Source: a virus
Reading direction: 5' to 3' (one strand)
DNA length: 64,000 nucleotides
IMG/VR virus record: IMGVR_UViG_3300035099_000047
Span: 96,001 to 160,000 of that record
A program made the translations under genes and the position numbers. Positions 1 to 9,311 of this stretch are shown in pieces; within the stretch, counting starts at the first letter, position 1; each line of letters starts with the position of its first letter. The notes under the pieces are model-generated. The model saw only the letters and a program-made list of their open reading frames with translations. It ran no database searches and was not told the DNA's origin.

Positions 1-1449
1 TATACGCCCGGCGCAAATGCCTTGTTCGATGATGTCATCCGTGTTGGTAGTTGCATCCATCACCACCAAGGAGTCGCGCAGACCTTCGCGGGCTTGGACA
101 CTCTTTAAGTACGGCTCAACCATGTTCTTGAACCGAGTCCACAATCGCCAATCGTTCTGCTCAAACAACAAATACATACTGCTGGTAGCTATCATCTTGC
201 GCAGATAGGTGAGCATACGTCGAACGGGCTCTAAGTTCAATGCTGTAGCCGCTCGCTGCAGAGTGAGGCAGTCGAAGCGCTTGATGCCTTGACCCGAGAA
301 CTTCACAAACGGGTTAATGGCATTGAATCCACCTGTGCCCGACCGGCCACACAGTTGAGTACGTTCACCTTGATTGGGGCTGTACTCAATGTCCAACGCC
401 CCCACCAAGTTGCCCCGGCGGAATCCAGATGTAGCAAACCAAACCTCATAGTTGGCATCGCTAGCAGCCATCAATCCCGCCACCCAACCACTGGGTGGGG
501 TCCAAATGTTAGCATCCGTCCAGGAGTCATAAGTCTGGACCCAAGGCCAAGTCAGCGATCCATAACTGCTATCCAAAGCACTGGTGGGATCGTCCGCTCC
601 CCCTCCCAATCCATTGTGCCATTTAATGATGCCATCGACATCCAATCCATAAGGAGGGTCGATCAACACCATACAATCCTGACGGTCCTCAGCTATGCCT
701 AGCAGTTCAGCAATCACTCCTTTCCTGGAATCTCCAGGCACCGCTAGCAGATTCAAGTCATACTCCTCAGCATTGGAGAACAACTGCAAGCCGGTCTTGG
801 TTGTGCCTACCACACTACCAATCACATCACTTTCAGTGACGTTCTCTCCGTCATCCCCTCCAGCAAAGTACACAGTGCCATTAGTTAGGGCTCCGCTATG
901 GTTCAAAGTTATAGCTGTAACATAAGCACTGTTTGCCATGCGGGTATCAATCAAATCCGGATCATCGGCAGTCAAGACTACTGCATCATAAGTTTCCTGC
1001 AAATAGCCACGCCAATACACCCGGATTTTGTACCCTCGCACATTGCTAGTGGCTACAACCACCTGAAGACCATTGCTACCGCTGGCCCAAGTCCCTGGCG
1101 AGGTAGGTTCAAAGGTGATGACCGCGTGATCTGGAGGTTCCACCACAGTGTTTGGATTACTACTTTGTTGAGCCGTAGCGCAACTGTAACTACCCACTCG
1201 CACCACCGTCAACTGGTTGCCTTGGTGCAAGTATTGACGAGCAGCGTGCAACCCAATGTGGGTCGGGCTTGGTATTCCAAATGTGTTGATCAGTTGGTCT
1301 TCCGAACCTATTAGCTGGCGAGTGTCCAACGGACCCTTGCTGGCCGTGGTCACTATGCCAAACTGAGTGGTGGCCAGTGCAGGGATGTACTGACTCATGT
1401 CCCTTTCTGAAGTGTACACCCCTGGAGCAACAAAAGCACCTATACCCAT
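1..1449 (-). CDS. Contractile tail sheath protein (T4 gp18-like), 3' end cut by window edge
   Basis: Not in the ORF track because no stop lies inside the window. Manual translation from ATG 1449: MGIGAFVAPGVYTSERDMSQY...ASKGPLD...FG...YLHQGNQLTVVRV; C-terminal INPFVKF...TLQRAATAL...VRRML...LFEQND...VVMDATTNTDDIIEQG. Both ends are in the same frame (1449 = 483 codons). Confidence 0.95.
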   Translation of the reverse strand, partial: MGIGAFVAPGVYTSERDMSQYIPALATTQFGIVTTASKGPLDTRQLIGSEDQLINTFGIPSPTHIGLHAARQYLHQGNQLTVVRVGSYSCATAQQSSNPNTVVEPPDHAVITFEPTSPGTWASGSNGLQVVVATSNVRGYKIRVYWRGYLQETYDAVVLTADDPDLIDTRMANSAYVTAITLNHSGALTNGTVYFAGGDDGENVTESDVIGSVVGTTKTGLQLFSNAEEYDLNLLAVPGDSRKGVIAELLGIAEDRQDCMVLIDPPYGLDVDGIIKWHNGLGGGADDPTSALDSSYGSLTWPWVQTYDSWTDANIWTPPSGWVAGLMAASDANYEVWFATSGFRRGNLVGALDIEYSPNQGERTQLCGRSGTGGFNAINPFVKFSGQGIKRFDCLTLQRAATALNLEPVRRMLTYLRKMIATSSMYLLFEQNDWRLWTRFKNMVEPYLKSVQAREGLRDSLVVMDATTNTDDIIEQGICAGRI

Positions 1450-1568
1450 TTGAGTGACCCTTTCGGTCAAAAGGGGTTCAAATGTGGTTCATATACACCC
1501 CACATCCCAGGCCCCCTAAATTGGCCTGTTCCGGTTTCCCGCAACCAGCTTCACAAACCGGCTGCGTC

Positions 1569-1751
1569 TCAAAACTCACCCAACCATTCTGGTAACAAGG
1601 GCTTGTTGACTACTTGGCGGAAGTCAGGCCCCTTGTAATTTGCATCAAAATTGTCATTATCCCAGACGATTTGACCCGTGAGTGGATTACCCTTAACAAT
1701 CGGGGTCCATGATTCCAAGACCGTGGTAGGATCGTCTGGATCAATGCTCAT
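1569..1751 (-). CDS. Hypothetical protein
   Basis: 60-aa ORF coupled by an ATGA overlap to the gp15-like gene. Confidence 0.55.
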   Translation of the reverse strand: MSIDPDDPTTVLESWTPIVKGNPLTGQIVWDNDNFDANYKGPDFRQVVNKPLLPEWLGEF

Positions 1752-2417
1752 GTTGGCTCCTCAATTGTAATGTTCACTTGACGAACAACTGGTACCTCTT
1801 TTATTTTCCTAGGTCTCCACCCGTGAACAATAACACTCATCGTCCATCGCAGGCTTCTTTGTTCTTGACCCGTTTCCAAGCTGGTGTTGTCTGCTATACC
1901 CTGATTCTCAACGCGGACCAACCGACGGCCCATCCCGTCACCATGATCGACCAAGATGTAAGTATAATCAGCATGCTCGAACCTGTCGGCATACAACCCT
2001 ACATACCTGCGGGCTTCCATCCTAGTCTTTACCCACAGCTCAAATTGATAGGAAAACTGATAGGGCAAAGGCCATTGAACCACATAAGCCCCTTTGATAG
2101 TGCCATCTGGGTTGTATGTCTCACCCACACGCTCATAAATGGCCGGGCACAATCGTCTGGTAGGATCCGGGGTAACGTCCCCAACCTGTTGCAAGCTCAA
2201 AAATGGTAATGGAATGGGTTGGTTCTCGCGCAACTTGAACCGCTTAGCCATTTGGGCAAAAGCACGATCTGGGGTTGCGAAGCAGAGAGGGATTGGTTTG
2301 CCATCGGTGGTAAACGTGTCATTGGCCCAATTGGCTAGAGCGTGATCGTAGCTAAAGATAGTCCCATTCTTCTTGGAATGGGCTCAATTCTTGGTATCCT
2401 TTAGGAATGGAAGTCAT
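1748..2417 (-). CDS. Tail terminator/sheath stabiliser (T4 gp15-like), interrupted by a +1 frameshift at ~2352-2357
   Basis: The 1748..2251 frame has gp15-like PLPFLSL...DPTRR...PLPYQFSYQFELW and stays open upstream (SYDHALANW...FATPDRAF) with no in-frame start. ATG 2417 with SD-like AGGGAAGG opens a 21-codon ORF ending in CTT TAG, one base out of frame. The gene lies just upstream of the sheath. Confidence 0.75.
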
Positions 2418-2429
2418 GTTGCCTTCCCT

Positions 2430-2762
2430 CTACAACATAACAGGATCATTCACCAGAATCCATTTCAGTTCTGCGCCCTCGGGAATGTCATCCGTCTCTG
2501 AGTCCTGCCAGGGAATTGACAGCCCATCCTTTTCATACGATTCAATTACCCCACGGACCGCCTCTTTGACATTTGCGATGGCTTCTTCTTCAGTTGCCCC
2601 GCAACTTCCAGTTCCCGACAAATTCAACACAATAGCTGAAACCTGCCCATCCTCTTCAGGAATGAGACAAACGTGGCAGCGATACGCAGCCTGTTCTGGC
2701 CACTGTATCTCGTTAAAGACAAAACTGGTCGAGTTGCTTTCGTTAAGCAAGAGAAGGGCCAT
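2430..2762 (-). CDS. hicB: HicB-family antitoxin-like protein (orphan)
   Basis: PEEDGQVSAIVLNLSGTGSCGATEEEAIANVKEAVRGVIESYEKDGLSIPW matches the HicB N-terminal domain; no adjacent HicA. Confidence 0.85.
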   Translation of the reverse strand: MALLLLNESNSTSFVFNEIQWPEQAAYRCHVCLIPEEDGQVSAIVLNLSGTGSCGATEEEAIANVKEAVRGVIESYEKDGLSIPWQDSETDDIPEGAELKWILVNDPVML

Positions 2763-2798
2763 TGGGTTTTTCCTCTTTCCGATGCACGAGATCTTTTT

Positions 2799-3026
2799 TC
2801 AATTGATTACCACAACCCTTCCGCCCTTAATTCCGGTTCCTTGACAAGTTAAACAAGGACCTATTGAAAAACAACCGTCTGCATAGTAGGGTGAGGTTGC
2901 ATTCTTATGTTCGCTAATGATTCCAGAGCCACCACACTCATCACAAGCCTCAACTTCCTTTTCCAACTCTTTCCACACCTTAACTTTTTTCTTCATTCCA
3001 ACGCCTTTTCCACCAACAACCATCAA
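2799..3026 (-). CDS. Small zinc-finger protein (DnaJ-type CxxCxGxG)
   Basis: CDECGGSG ... CLTCQGTG. Confidence 0.6.
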   Translation of the reverse strand: MMVVGGKGVGMKKKVKVWKELEKEVEACDECGGSGIISEHKNATSPYYADGCFSIGPCLTCQGTGIKGGRVVVIN

Positions 3027-3030
3027 ATTT

Positions 3031-3360
3031 TCATTTTTCTATACGACATGCCATCACCTTAATTCGCATAGGGAGCCTACTTTGCCAATCCACAGGCCCT
3101 AAACTCATCTCAACTGTCTCTACATCCAACCCTCGTTTGACGGCAAACCCCAACATCTCTTTGGTCATCCTAGACGCAACCCAAACTTGATCTTTTTGAT
3201 CAACTTCCAACACCTCTTCCCAAATCAAACAGTCATTGGAAGATTCAATCCGTGGAGGCTCAACCTCTCGATAACAGAATTCCAACTTGGCCCTTTCATG
3301 GTATGCAATGAGAGGCACCAGACTGCATGATACTAACATCAGACCATCAAACAATTTCAT
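3031..3360 (-). CDS. Hypothetical protein
   Basis: 109-aa ORF with ATGA overlap to the upstream gene. Confidence 0.55.
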   Translation of the reverse strand: MKLFDGLMLVSCSLVPLIAYHERAKLEFCYREVEPPRIESSNDCLIWEEVLEVDQKDQVWVASRMTKEMLGFAVKRGLDVETVEMSLGPVDWQSRLPMRIKVMACRIEK

Positions 3361-3827
3361 TTCAACACTTCCTTCACCATTTTGCCCAAATCCAGCTTCA
3401 CACTAGGCCAATGACTGCGAAATTTCAACCACAAAGGTCTCCAAATTGGTACCGGAGGCAGTTTCAACTCAGCAGAGCCATACTCACGAATCATATGGAG
3501 TTCAGTCCAACTTCTACCACTGGGCTGGTGCACTCCATCTTTGATACTGATCTCAAGGCTCCAACCATTCGCCGTTTGCGTGATAGCAGGTACTACGCAG
3601 CCCAGGTACTGTTCAGGCGATAACAGGTAGGGAGGCTGGGGCAATTGCTGACCATTTTCATCGTACTGAGGCTCTGGCCTCCACTTATCCTTAACGGCTA
3701 GCCGCAACCACAACATCAACTGAGCTTGTATGTTTTCCAGCTCAGTTTTCAATGCCCGATCCACCCGCTGTTGGTAGAACTTGGGATCAAGGTTGAAATG
3801 ACCTATTTGCTTGAACTTGACGGGCAT
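3357..3827 (-). CDS. Virion morphogenesis/tail-completion protein (HK97 gp10-like)
   Basis: C-terminal REYGSAELKLPPVPIWRP resembles the E-x-G-T...P-x-P-x-x-R-P motif; lies between the neck and gp15 genes. Confidence 0.55.
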   Translation of the reverse strand: MPVKFKQIGHFNLDPKFYQQRVDRALKTELENIQAQLMLWLRLAVKDKWRPEPQYDENGQQLPQPPYLLSPEQYLGCVVPAITQTANGWSLEISIKDGVHQPSGRSWTELHMIREYGSAELKLPPVPIWRPLWLKFRSHWPSVKLDLGKMVKEVLK

Positions 3828-4870
3828 TACAATTCTTCCCAGTCCCCTACAACGTCCTCATCATAGTAGTGCAAAACCACTGTATCCCACATACGGCTTA
3901 TGTAAGGGTGCCGCCTGATAAACTCAGCTACTTGCGGATTGTGATGCCACTTTGTGGTTCTCACCGCATCCGTCACGATAATAACTGCGTCAATTCGATC
4001 GAATATCAATGCAACAGGTACCGCATCAGCCAATCCCATCCCTTCTTTCACATCATAATGAAGAGCTTCCGTCGAATCCCATGCATAACAATGATTAGAA
4101 TCCAACCATGCTCTTACTTCTCCAAAACTCTTGATCCCTTCCAATTCTTCAAAAGTCGGATCTATGTAGAGATTCACTCTGTTGCCAGAATAACTGAGCA
4201 CTTTGATCCTGAATCGCTCTTCGCTCAGGTGCTCAACAGCCCGTTCAAATCTGTTAGCTCTACTTTCCCAGGGACGGCCATGCTCCCAACTGCCAGTTGT
4301 GAGAAATGGATCGCCTAATGGTTTTCCCCATTCCTTCCTTTTCGCAGAACGACCATAATGATACCCTGATTCAGGCTCTCCAGCTGTTTCAGGCCGTTCC
4401 GGTTTCGTGTCCTTTTTCAACCGGTGTTTTTTTCCAATGGCCTTGTACGGGTCAAAATGCTTCAGAATCTCCAAATCCCTAACTGGCATATCCATAAACG
4501 TTCTCAATTCCCCAGACGCTGGGTGGCCCAAGGCTGCTAGTTTTCCCCCTCTTTCGTAGACTATCATAGGGCCTTGATTCAAATACAGTTGGAACATACG
4601 GGCCTGTTGAGGGTTTGGGCGGCGCTTACCAGAGAAAGTTGTAGTTTCTAAGTAACCCAACGCGCGGGCCACAGGTTCCAAATCCTTCCAATTATTTATA
4701 AACCGGTAAGTCATCCCCGGAATCGGAGTTTGACCAATATGAGCGGCAATTGGGGGCAACCGAATTCCCCCTACCATAGAGGCCCCTGCACCCATCATCC
4801 CCAAAAACTTTCGACGGGTTATGCCATCCTCAATCAGCTGATATACTAGCTGTTCAAATGTACTCATCAT
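3827..4870 (-). CDS. Leader-tagged putative internal head protein; two fused modules with a Tat-like segment
   Basis: MSTFEQLVYQLIE then DGITRRKFLGMMGAG; second leader copy WESRANRFERAVEHLSEE in the middle. Confidence 0.75.
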   Translation of the reverse strand: MMSTFEQLVYQLIEDGITRRKFLGMMGAGASMVGGIRLPPIAAHIGQTPIPGMTYRFINNWKDLEPVARALGYLETTTFSGKRRPNPQQARMFQLYLNQGPMIVYERGGKLAALGHPASGELRTFMDMPVRDLEILKHFDPYKAIGKKHRLKKDTKPERPETAGEPESGYHYGRSAKRKEWGKPLGDPFLTTGSWEHGRPWESRANRFERAVEHLSEERFRIKVLSYSGNRVNLYIDPTFEELEGIKSFGEVRAWLDSNHCYAWDSTEALHYDVKEGMGLADAVPVALIFDRIDAVIIVTDAVRTTKWHHNPQVAEFIRRHPYISRMWDTVVLHYYDEDVVGDWEEL

Positions 4871-5073
4871 TTGGCCAACCTGTGCTTTTTGCTCACATGA
4901 CCACAAAACGTGCAGACCTTGCCTTCAGGTCCACCAGGCCCGGTTTGATAGTCTGGAAAGTACCCAACCCTACCACATTTACGACAACGCCGTTTTTGTG
5001 GCTTGGTAGGCACAGAGTCAGCAGGTAGCTTGCCAGCCAACAAGTTTTCAGCCATTTGTTCAAAAGGGTCCAT
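4867..5073 (-). CDS. Leader-tagged small zinc-ribbon protein
   Basis: MDPFEQMAENLL; CRKC...CTFC. Confidence 0.7.
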   Translation of the reverse strand: MDPFEQMAENLLAGKLPADSVPTKPQKRRCRKCGRVGYFPDYQTGPGGPEGKVCTFCGHVSKKHRLAK

Positions 5074-5863
5074 ACCTTCTCCTCTTTCGGAATACGGCAG
5101 TGATTCTTTTGTAAAAGTCGTTTGCTATTTCCGCGTGGATTTTCTCTACTCTACGGTGGAGTAGCTCGATATCCCGAGATTGCTCAAAACCCGGGTATGA
5201 CCTCCGAAAGTACCATCTATCAGCCGCTGCTTTATGAGCCTCACTAGCCGCATCATTCAACCTTCGGCTCCTAATTCTGTTCTTCAACCCCTTCAAGCTG
5301 AAACATCTAAAAGTGGCATTGTATGCACGTTCGCTCCATTCAATTGCTAAAACTACATAAGGCCAATCATCCTCAAGGGTTTTAGCCAAGTCCGGCGATT
5401 TCTGCTGAATTGATAAAATCTGGGGACGCCAATCGGATCCAACAGCCTTCGCCAATTCCATTGCTTGATGAGCCAAGTGTTCAGCTTGAGCCAACTTAAA
5501 GGTTAACTCAGTTTGGCTCAAAGATTCAACCAGGTCTTCAAACCGCAATTGACGCTGCCGCAATCGGGGAGTTGGTTCACCCTCCGGCAAACCACTCAAT
5601 ATCAATGTCAACTTGTACCGGCCTTGCCCATCTGGTTCACTCCGACTATGGTTGTTCAAAAAGAACGGAGCATTGGTGTGGCGAATAGCATCACGCAGAT
5701 TTCGGATGAAGGTTTTGACAACCATTTCAGGCCACACGTGAAGTCTAGGTATGGCCGTGAACTGGTAAACCCGTTGACCCCGCTGATCTTGGACGCTGGT
5801 CAAAGTCATGCGCTCAAACCAGTCGCGACTAGATCGGTCAACTAACCGGACAAATTCATCCAT
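5060..5863 (-). CDS. Hypothetical protein with degenerate N-terminal and internal leader copies
   Basis: Likely start ATG 5863 (TAATG overlap), MDEFVRLVDR; internal RFEDLVESLS. Confidence 0.65.
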   Translation of the reverse strand: MDEFVRLVDRSSRDWFERMTLTSVQDQRGQRVYQFTAIPRLHVWPEMVVKTFIRNLRDAIRHTNAPFFLNNHSRSEPDGQGRYKLTLILSGLPEGEPTPRLRQRQLRFEDLVESLSQTELTFKLAQAEHLAHQAMELAKAVGSDWRPQILSIQQKSPDLAKTLEDDWPYVVLAIEWSERAYNATFRCFSLKGLKNRIRSRRLNDAASEAHKAAADRWYFRRSYPGFEQSRDIELLHRRVEKIHAEIANDFYKRITAVFRKRRRYGPF

Positions 5864-6231
5864 TACATCTGATACCAATAATGCTTGGGCTTCAGCGGAA
5901 AACGCCACACCCAGAACCCTCTACCTATGTATTGGAAATAGCCTCCAACTTCTCTCCTTAGTCTGTTAATAACCAATTCTTGTTCATCAATGTTACCTTT
6001 ATCTTTCAATTCCATACGCAATTCATTTGCTTCTACATCGACCAACAAACTCATTATCTTCGCACGATGTTCCTCCACTATTTGACTGGCCCTGTCCAAG
6101 CTGTTTTCCAAATCAACCAACAACCATTCCATCATCTTGGTTCTAAAATCCTCATAGAACCGCCGCAGATGTGGATTCATTGTTTCCCCACCTTCGATCA
6201 AGTTATTAGTGACTTTTTCAAAGGGACCCAT
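5863..6231 (-). CDS. Leader-tagged protein, paralog of 6242..6616
   Basis: MGPFEKVTNNLIE; PHLRRFYEDFRTKMMEWLLVD. Confidence 0.75.
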   Translation of the reverse strand: MGPFEKVTNNLIEGGETMNPHLRRFYEDFRTKMMEWLLVDLENSLDRASQIVEEHRAKIMSLLVDVEANELRMELKDKGNIDEQELVINRLRREVGGYFQYIGRGFWVWRFPLKPKHYWYQM

Positions 6232-6241
6232 AAAATTACAG

Positions 6242-6616
6242 TTAAATCACTTTTGGGAACTCAATAGCAAAAAGCCATTCTATCCACTCCCCTTCCTCCT
6301 CATCAAACAGTACTCCCTCCGTAGCACTCTGTAGTTCGGCTATTAGATCTTCAGGAGATTCACCAGGGAGTATCCTAATTTTCCAACCTACCAAACCTTC
6401 TAAATCTACTTCCCCTTCTTCACACTTTTCCACGAAAGCAACCCGTGCACCATACTTGTTTAGTACCCGGTCCATTCTTTCTATAACATTGGGCACATCC
6501 GCCAATATCCATTCCATCACCCGGGCTCTATAACCAAGGTAAAATTGTCGCAGTTTGGGGTCCCGCAACTCTTCTGCCTCAACCAGCCGGTTTATGGTCT
6601 TTTCAAATCCATTCAT
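6242..6616 (-). CDS. Leader-tagged protein, paralog of 5863..6231
   Basis: MNGFEKTINRLVE; PKLRQFYLGYRARVMEWILAD. Confidence 0.75.
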   Translation of the reverse strand: MNGFEKTINRLVEAEELRDPKLRQFYLGYRARVMEWILADVPNVIERMDRVLNKYGARVAFVEKCEEGEVDLEGLVGWKIRILPGESPEDLIAELQSATEGVLFDEEEGEWIEWLFAIEFPKVI

Positions 6617-6624
6617 GTATCACT

Positions 6625-7017
6625 TCAATACCCAAACACAGTTAGCAACCCATCAACCTCCTCGGGGGGTTCTGCAAAGCACTCATATAGCAATCTCCCA
6701 GGTGCTCTTGCCAACCGCCTACCCAACTTTTCATACCCTTTTTCTTCGCACCACTGTACCATTGATGATCTCAAATCAATCTCTGATTTTAACTTTTCTG
6801 TATAATCAGCAAATCCCCTTTTGGCTAGCTCACCTTCAAAATCCTTAGCAAAGCGATTCAAATCACGATCACGATAAACCTCAGCAGGTCCCAATATCGA
6901 AACACTACCGTGTCTGTGTGGATGATCCTTTAGACCTTCCAAACACAACTTCAAATAGTGTTTCAATTGGTTAGGGGTGAGATTACATCGCCTCCTCCAC
7001 GCAGTAGAAATCATCAT
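6625..7017 (-). CDS. Hypothetical protein
   Basis: Likely start MMISTAW at the ATGA-type overlap with the gp14-like stop. Confidence 0.55.
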   Translation of the reverse strand: MMISTAWRRRCNLTPNQLKHYLKLCLEGLKDHPHRHGSVSILGPAEVYRDRDLNRFAKDFEGELAKRGFADYTEKLKSEIDLRSSMVQWCEEKGYEKLGRRLARAPGRLLYECFAEPPEEVDGLLTVFGY

Positions 7018-7640
7018 ACTATTTCCCCTGCCTCCACTGACGGTGTATTTGGTCGGAACAAATTGCACGTGAGCACCACGTACATGGGAACATTTGTGTT
7101 CCCCAAATAATTCCATTCGTGAACACTCAACACCTCATATTGATGATTTGCAAACCATAACCGATCCCCAGGGGCCGTCAAGAACCTGATAGGTCCGTTG
7201 TTGAAGTCTAACTGATCCGGCACAATTTTGGTAGGCCCTACGTACAATTCCCCTGCTCCTTGAACAGCTAATCCCAAATCTTCCAAAATGGGCAAACACG
7301 GGTATGCTAAAAGATCTCGCTTCTCATCAAGCCCAAACTTATTTAGCTCCTGCACCTTCGGCTGTATACTCACGTGGCAACGCAACTCGTATTGTTCCCA
7401 TTGCATATCGTTCTGAAGCACTTCCATGTGCAAATCATCTGTGAATTGGGTATTGGGAGTGGCGTTGCGCAAGTACGTGATCAAAGGAAAGCGGTGGAAC
7501 CAGGGGTCATCATCCCCAGCATTGCAACGTGGCCAGCCTCGATTGTAATCCCTTACAATTTGATAAAACGTAGAGAAGTCCGGTTCCAAGCTGGGAAAGC
7601 TGAACCTGGTACCAATGTAAGCTGGGCAATTGGTGGACAT
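7014..7640 (-). CDS. Neck/head-completion protein (T4 gp14-like)
   Basis: ELNKFGLDEKRDL motif, beta-rich C-terminus (PGDRLWF...YEVLSV), between the gp13-like and gp15-like genes. Confidence 0.65.
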   Translation of the reverse strand: MSTNCPAYIGTRFSFPSLEPDFSTFYQIVRDYNRGWPRCNAGDDDPWFHRFPLITYLRNATPNTQFTDDLHMEVLQNDMQWEQYELRCHVSIQPKVQELNKFGLDEKRDLLAYPCLPILEDLGLAVQGAGELYVGPTKIVPDQLDFNNGPIRFLTAPGDRLWFANHQYEVLSVHEWNYLGNTNVPMYVVLTCNLFRPNTPSVEAGEIV

Positions 7641-7684
7641 TAACGAACCCCACTTGTCAACATCATTCCCAAATCAGTGCTGAG

Positions 7685-8029
7685 TTAAGGTCGATTGTTC
7701 ACCTTTTTTAGCCACCCAGCAGCATCAGATACTACAAGTGGATTCCAACTTCCCCAATTCATCAAATGTCCAAACAACAGATGGTGACCGTACTGCTCAC
7801 ACAACGTAATCAAATTGCTTTCTACCAATTCCAACTTTGGAAACAAGTAATAAGGCTTGATGTGGTGGACATTCAAACCTATCTTACCACCACAAGCTGC
7901 ACAAGTAGGATGAACCTTCAGGAAAGACTCTCGCACTGCAGGCCAATGTGGCGATCTAACTACACCACAGACCATTGGAGGGGACGTGATAGGAACTACA
8001 AACTCATCCACTCCCATGTTCAATATCAT
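7685..8029 (-). CDS. Small HNH endonuclease
   Basis: CAACG...VHHIKP...NLITLC...HHLLFGH. Confidence 0.9.
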   Translation of the reverse strand: MILNMGVDEFVVPITSPPMVCGVVRSPHWPAVRESFLKVHPTCAACGGKIGLNVHHIKPYYLFPKLELVESNLITLCEQYGHHLLFGHLMNWGSWNPLVVSDAAGWLKKVNNRP

Positions 8030-8186
8030 CGGGCTGATCTCTCAGCGTCTCAGCTAGTTCAGCAATAAGCACTTCAGCCATCTCTTCACTCATTTCAATC
8101 GAAATCACACCACGTGATATTTGGTCTCGGGTCTGCTCTATCAAACCAACCTTCATCCCTTCCAAGAGGCAGTCCAACGCCATCAT
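8004..8186 (-). CDS. Hypothetical protein
   Basis: 60-aa ORF within a tightly packed operon. Confidence 0.45.
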   Translation of the reverse strand: MMALDCLLEGMKVGLIEQTRDQISRGVISIEMSEEMAEVLIAELAETLRDQPDDIEHGSG

Positions 8187-8187
8187 T

Positions 8188-8349
8188 TCATTTGCCCCTA
8201 TGCTTAAAATACTGCACCTGTCTTTCCCGCCTCTCAGCCCCAGCCCGGGTATCGTAGGTGCCCAAGTTCTTGCCCTTTTTGCTGAGCAGACGCCATCTGC
8301 CGTTGGACAAATGGACTATACGTTCCACCAGTTGTTCAAAGCTGTTCAT
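8188..8349 (-). CDS. Leader-tagged small basic protein (53 aa, missed by the ORF track)
   Basis: Manual translation MNSFEQLVERIVHLSNGRWRLLSKKGKNLGTYDTRAGAERRERQVQYFKHRGK; SD GAGG upstream. Confidence 0.8.
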   Translation of the reverse strand: MNSFEQLVERIVHLSNGRWRLLSKKGKNLGTYDTRAGAERRERQVQYFKHRGK

Positions 8350-8357
8350 GATAATGC

Positions 8358-8654
8358 TTACCTCTCATACCATTTCAAAACGTCAATACCTTTGTCTGTA
8401 GTTTGCACTACCACCTCACCCCCGATCTCGAAACCCTTCGCACCAAGGATGAGTATTAACTTATGGGTATACAAAACATAAAGCAGTTCTACAAATAACC
8501 TGGAGTCCCTCACACCCAAATCCCTATAAAAATCGGATTTCAATTCGTCAATGGTAGCTCCTTTGATTGCAGTTTTGAGTATTGTTAACCAAGGAGCAGC
8601 GGTTCAGCCCCACCGTCGAACCGCTCTATCCACAGCTTTTTCAAACTCGCCCAT
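8358..8654 (-). pseudogene. Leader-tagged winged-helix paralog with an in-frame TGA at 8604-8606
   Basis: MGEFEKAVDRAVRRWG*TAAPWLTILKTAIKGATIDELKS...QTTDKGIDVLKWYER, all in one frame. Confidence 0.7.
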
Positions 8655-8986
8655 CAATCTCCCCTATCAAGCTCCCTAGCCATATCTTTGGGCGAACGCC
8701 TAAACACTATTGTGAGATTGTCCCGTTTAGCTGTAACAAGGGCAAAACCAGGATGCCTTAACAATGCAACCACATTGCGTTTGCGCAACAAGCCATCCTG
8801 TAAACTAACAAACCACAAGTTCTCCGTCTTTTCTACCTCTGCGTTAATTGCTTCCTCTTCCCAAATGGTTATTAGCACCTTCCGAATGTGGGTAGGCAAA
8901 GCTTCCCAACTGCTGGGTTCTACAAATCCGCCTTCCTGTTCCATCAACAGGGCGTGTAATGCTTCAGCTAGTAGTGCCGGCTCCAC
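8654..8986 (-). CDS. Hypothetical protein
   Basis: 110-aa ORF with TGATG overlap to the next gene. Confidence 0.55.
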   Translation of the reverse strand: MEPALLAEALHALLMEQEGGFVEPSSWEALPTHIRKVLITIWEEEAINAEVEKTENLWFVSLQDGLLRKRNVVALLRHPGFALVTAKRDNLTIVFRRSPKDMARELDRGD

Positions 8987-9040
8987 GTCTAACCCCTCTA
9001 ATTGGTTGCCTAGCCAACGCTAGACTGTAAGCGGGTACTT

Positions 9041-9310
9041 TTACACTATAGGCACGTCGCGAGTGCCTACCCGCACGCTAGACGGCTCTCGCTGTAACCG
9101 GTCAACTATTTCAAGAGCGCGCATAAGTAACGATTTGATACGTTCCAACAACTCACTCAACCCCCGACCGCGGAACTCGGGCACGCGGGCAGTCAATTGA
9201 CTAACCTTGGCTGCCATTACACTAACTTGATTAGCCAAATCAGTGAGGTCTTCTTGCAAGCAAAGGTCCTCATTCAGCAGCTTCTCCGCTTCGGCCTCTA
9301 TAGAATCCAT
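9041..9310 (-). CDS. Leader-tagged coiled-coil protein
   Basis: MDSIEAEAEKLLNE. Confidence 0.65.
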   Translation of the reverse strand: MDSIEAEAEKLLNEDLCLQEDLTDLANQVSVMAAKVSQLTARVPEFRGRGLSELLERIKSLLMRALEIVDRLQREPSSVRVGTRDVPIV

Positions 9311-9311
9311 A

